The notes under the pieces: generated by a model
Told to the model about the DNA's origin: nothing
The model's database searches: none
Seen by the model: only the letters and a program-made list of their open reading frames with translations
NCBI GenBank assembly: GCA_013286795.1
Contig: JABDFA010000001.1
Coordinates: forward strand, 104,970-168,969
Length of the DNA: 64,000 nt
Direction: 5' to 3'
From: Candidatus Babelota bacterium
GTDB lineage: Bacteria > Babelota > Babeliae > Babelales > JABDEC01
Part shown: in pieces, positions 63,113 through 64,000 of the stretch
Position numbering within the stretch: the first letter of the stretch is position 1
How the letters are laid out: each line of letters begins with the position of its first letter
Translations under genes and position numbers: made by a program

Positions 63113-63337
63113 ATGGAAGAAGCAATTATTCTAGAAGCAAAAGCAAAAAAAGGTGTTATTCAAGCTACGATACCAAATAAATATCAGAACTTATTACCAG
63201 AAAAATTAAAGATTATTATTATATTAGAAGAAAATTTAGAAAAACAACCAAAGAAAAAAAGAAAAAAATTCAGTTCGGCAAATATTGATACAAAGAATAT
63301 AAAATTTAATCGTGAAGATTTATATGATCGAGACTAA
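63113..63337 (+). CDS. Putative antitoxin paired with the downstream PIN toxin
   Basis: 74 aa overlapping the PIN gene. A small beta-rich N-terminus and a basic middle. The C-terminal ...KNIKFNREDLYDRD resembles tails seen on antitoxins of VapC-type toxins (from memory; weak). Confidence 0.45.
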   Translation: MEEAIILEAKAKKGVIQATIPNKYQNLLPEKLKIIIILEENLEKQPKKKRKKFSSANIDTKNIKFNREDLYDRD

Positions 63338-63737
63338 CAAGTATTTTTTAGATACCAATATTTTGCTATACCTCCATTCTAAAACCGATCTTAATAAAAA
63401 ATCTAAAGTCGAGAACTTATTAAGTAAAAATAATGAGTTTTTTATCAGCACTCAGATATTATTTGAATTCATACGCGCTCTCAATAAAAAATATAAGATT
63501 GAATTTGAAATAATAGAAAAGTTTGTAAATGAGTTTTTAGAAGCATTCAATCTTTTGATAATTACTGATTCTACTTTGAAATTAGCAATGAACATAGCAT
63601 TAAAGTATAAATACAGCTTTACTGATAGTCTTGTAATTGCTGCAGCTGTTGAAAATAAATGCACCATTTTATTTTCAGAGGATATGCATCATGGACAAAA
63701 AATAGAAAATTTTTTAACTATAACTAATCCATTTTAA
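63324..63737 (+). CDS. vapC: PIN-domain ribonuclease toxin (VapC-like)
   Basis: YFLDTNILLY (first acidic residue), Q.LFEF and TDSLVIAAAVENKCTILFSEDM show the conserved PIN D/E/D pattern. The start is ATG 63324 (or GTG 63312), overlapping the upstream small gene. Confidence 0.8.
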   Translation: MIETNKYFLDTNILLYLHSKTDLNKKSKVENLLSKNNEFFISTQILFEFIRALNKKYKIEFEIIEKFVNEFLEAFNLLIITDSTLKLAMNIALKYKYSFTDSLVIAAAVENKCTILFSEDMHHGQKIENFLTITNPF

Positions 63738-63863
63738 ACATAATTATTTTTATAATAGATTCGCCTTTCATAATCAATACCACCCCGTTGTATACTTTTT
63801 TAAATGCATGTAAACTTATAATATCTTACAAAACATCACATTAAAAGTAGGGATTATTCTAAA

Positions 63864-64000
63864 ATGTTAAAAACCATCTTAAAGCAACAAATAATTGGTA
63901 TAATTAATTTATCGATTCCAGTTATTATTTTATATCAGATTTATCCGGCAATTTTGCTTAGCACCAGTGGCAAAATAGTATGTTCCCTGTTAATAGGGAT
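63864..64000 (+). CDS. 5' end of a hydrophobic (membrane) protein running off the window
   Basis: ATG 63864 opens MLKTILKQQIIGIINLSIPVIILYQIYPAILLSTSGKIVCSLLIG with no stop before base 64000. The RBS is weak and only 45 codons are visible. Confidence 0.25.
   Translation, partial: MLKTILKQQIIGIINLSIPVIILYQIYPAILLSTSGKIVCSLLIG

Overview
This is a strongly AT-rich, gene-dense bacterial chromosomal window using the standard bacterial code, with GGAG-type ribosome-binding sites. No rRNA, CRISPR array, transposase or prophage is visible.

About two thirds of the window is housekeeping:
- recA (5' partial), infC-rpmI-rplT, a zapB-like gene plus zapA, and rny-ymdB
- dnaN-recF, an ogg2-type glycosylase, proS, a Xer recombinase, lnt and ruvC
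- rplI-dnaB, murD-ftsW, pepA, a trxB-trx fusion, ileS and pssA-psd
- two tRNA-Arg genes, tlyA, an htrA-like protease, glyQS and a polar amino-acid ABC transporter

Interleaved with this core is an unusually large set of leader-bearing proteins with eukaryote-like domains:
- eight ankyrin-repeat genes plus one gene fragment
- two tandem 7-blade WD40 genes
- a C2H2 zinc-finger protein and a weak J-domain-like protein
- a 790-aa protein with UIM-like motifs and a legumain/caspase-like His-Gly...Cys dyad

The main observation is a short motif, [LI]-[LI]-P-[DE]-L-A-x-I-V-x-E-Y, shared by the ANK and WD40 families.
- It lies N-terminal to the WD40 propellers and at the extreme C-terminus of the ANK proteins. 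This is the placement used by F-box/WD40 proteins and by C-terminal truncated F-box (PRANC) ANK proteins.
- One WD40 protein ends in a CaaX box (CIIS).
- The ANK genes are packed as 9-bp-spaced cassettes on both sides of rplI-dnaB. They show near-identical 133-134 bp segments, a chimeric tail, a fused two-module gene and a 43-codon remnant, which indicates recent recombination.

Together this fits an obligate host-associated, probably protist-infecting bacterium. A Dependentiae/TM6-like lineage is my guess only. The loci look like an effector arsenal aimed at host ubiquitin and membrane systems.

The 3' end of the window is an accessory patch: an autoinhibited Fic protein preceded by five exact 11-bp phased repeats, a DUF488 gene, an exported PLP enzyme next to an exported VanX-type dipeptidase, and vapBC.

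All calls come from reading the supplied translations and DNA. No database search was run.
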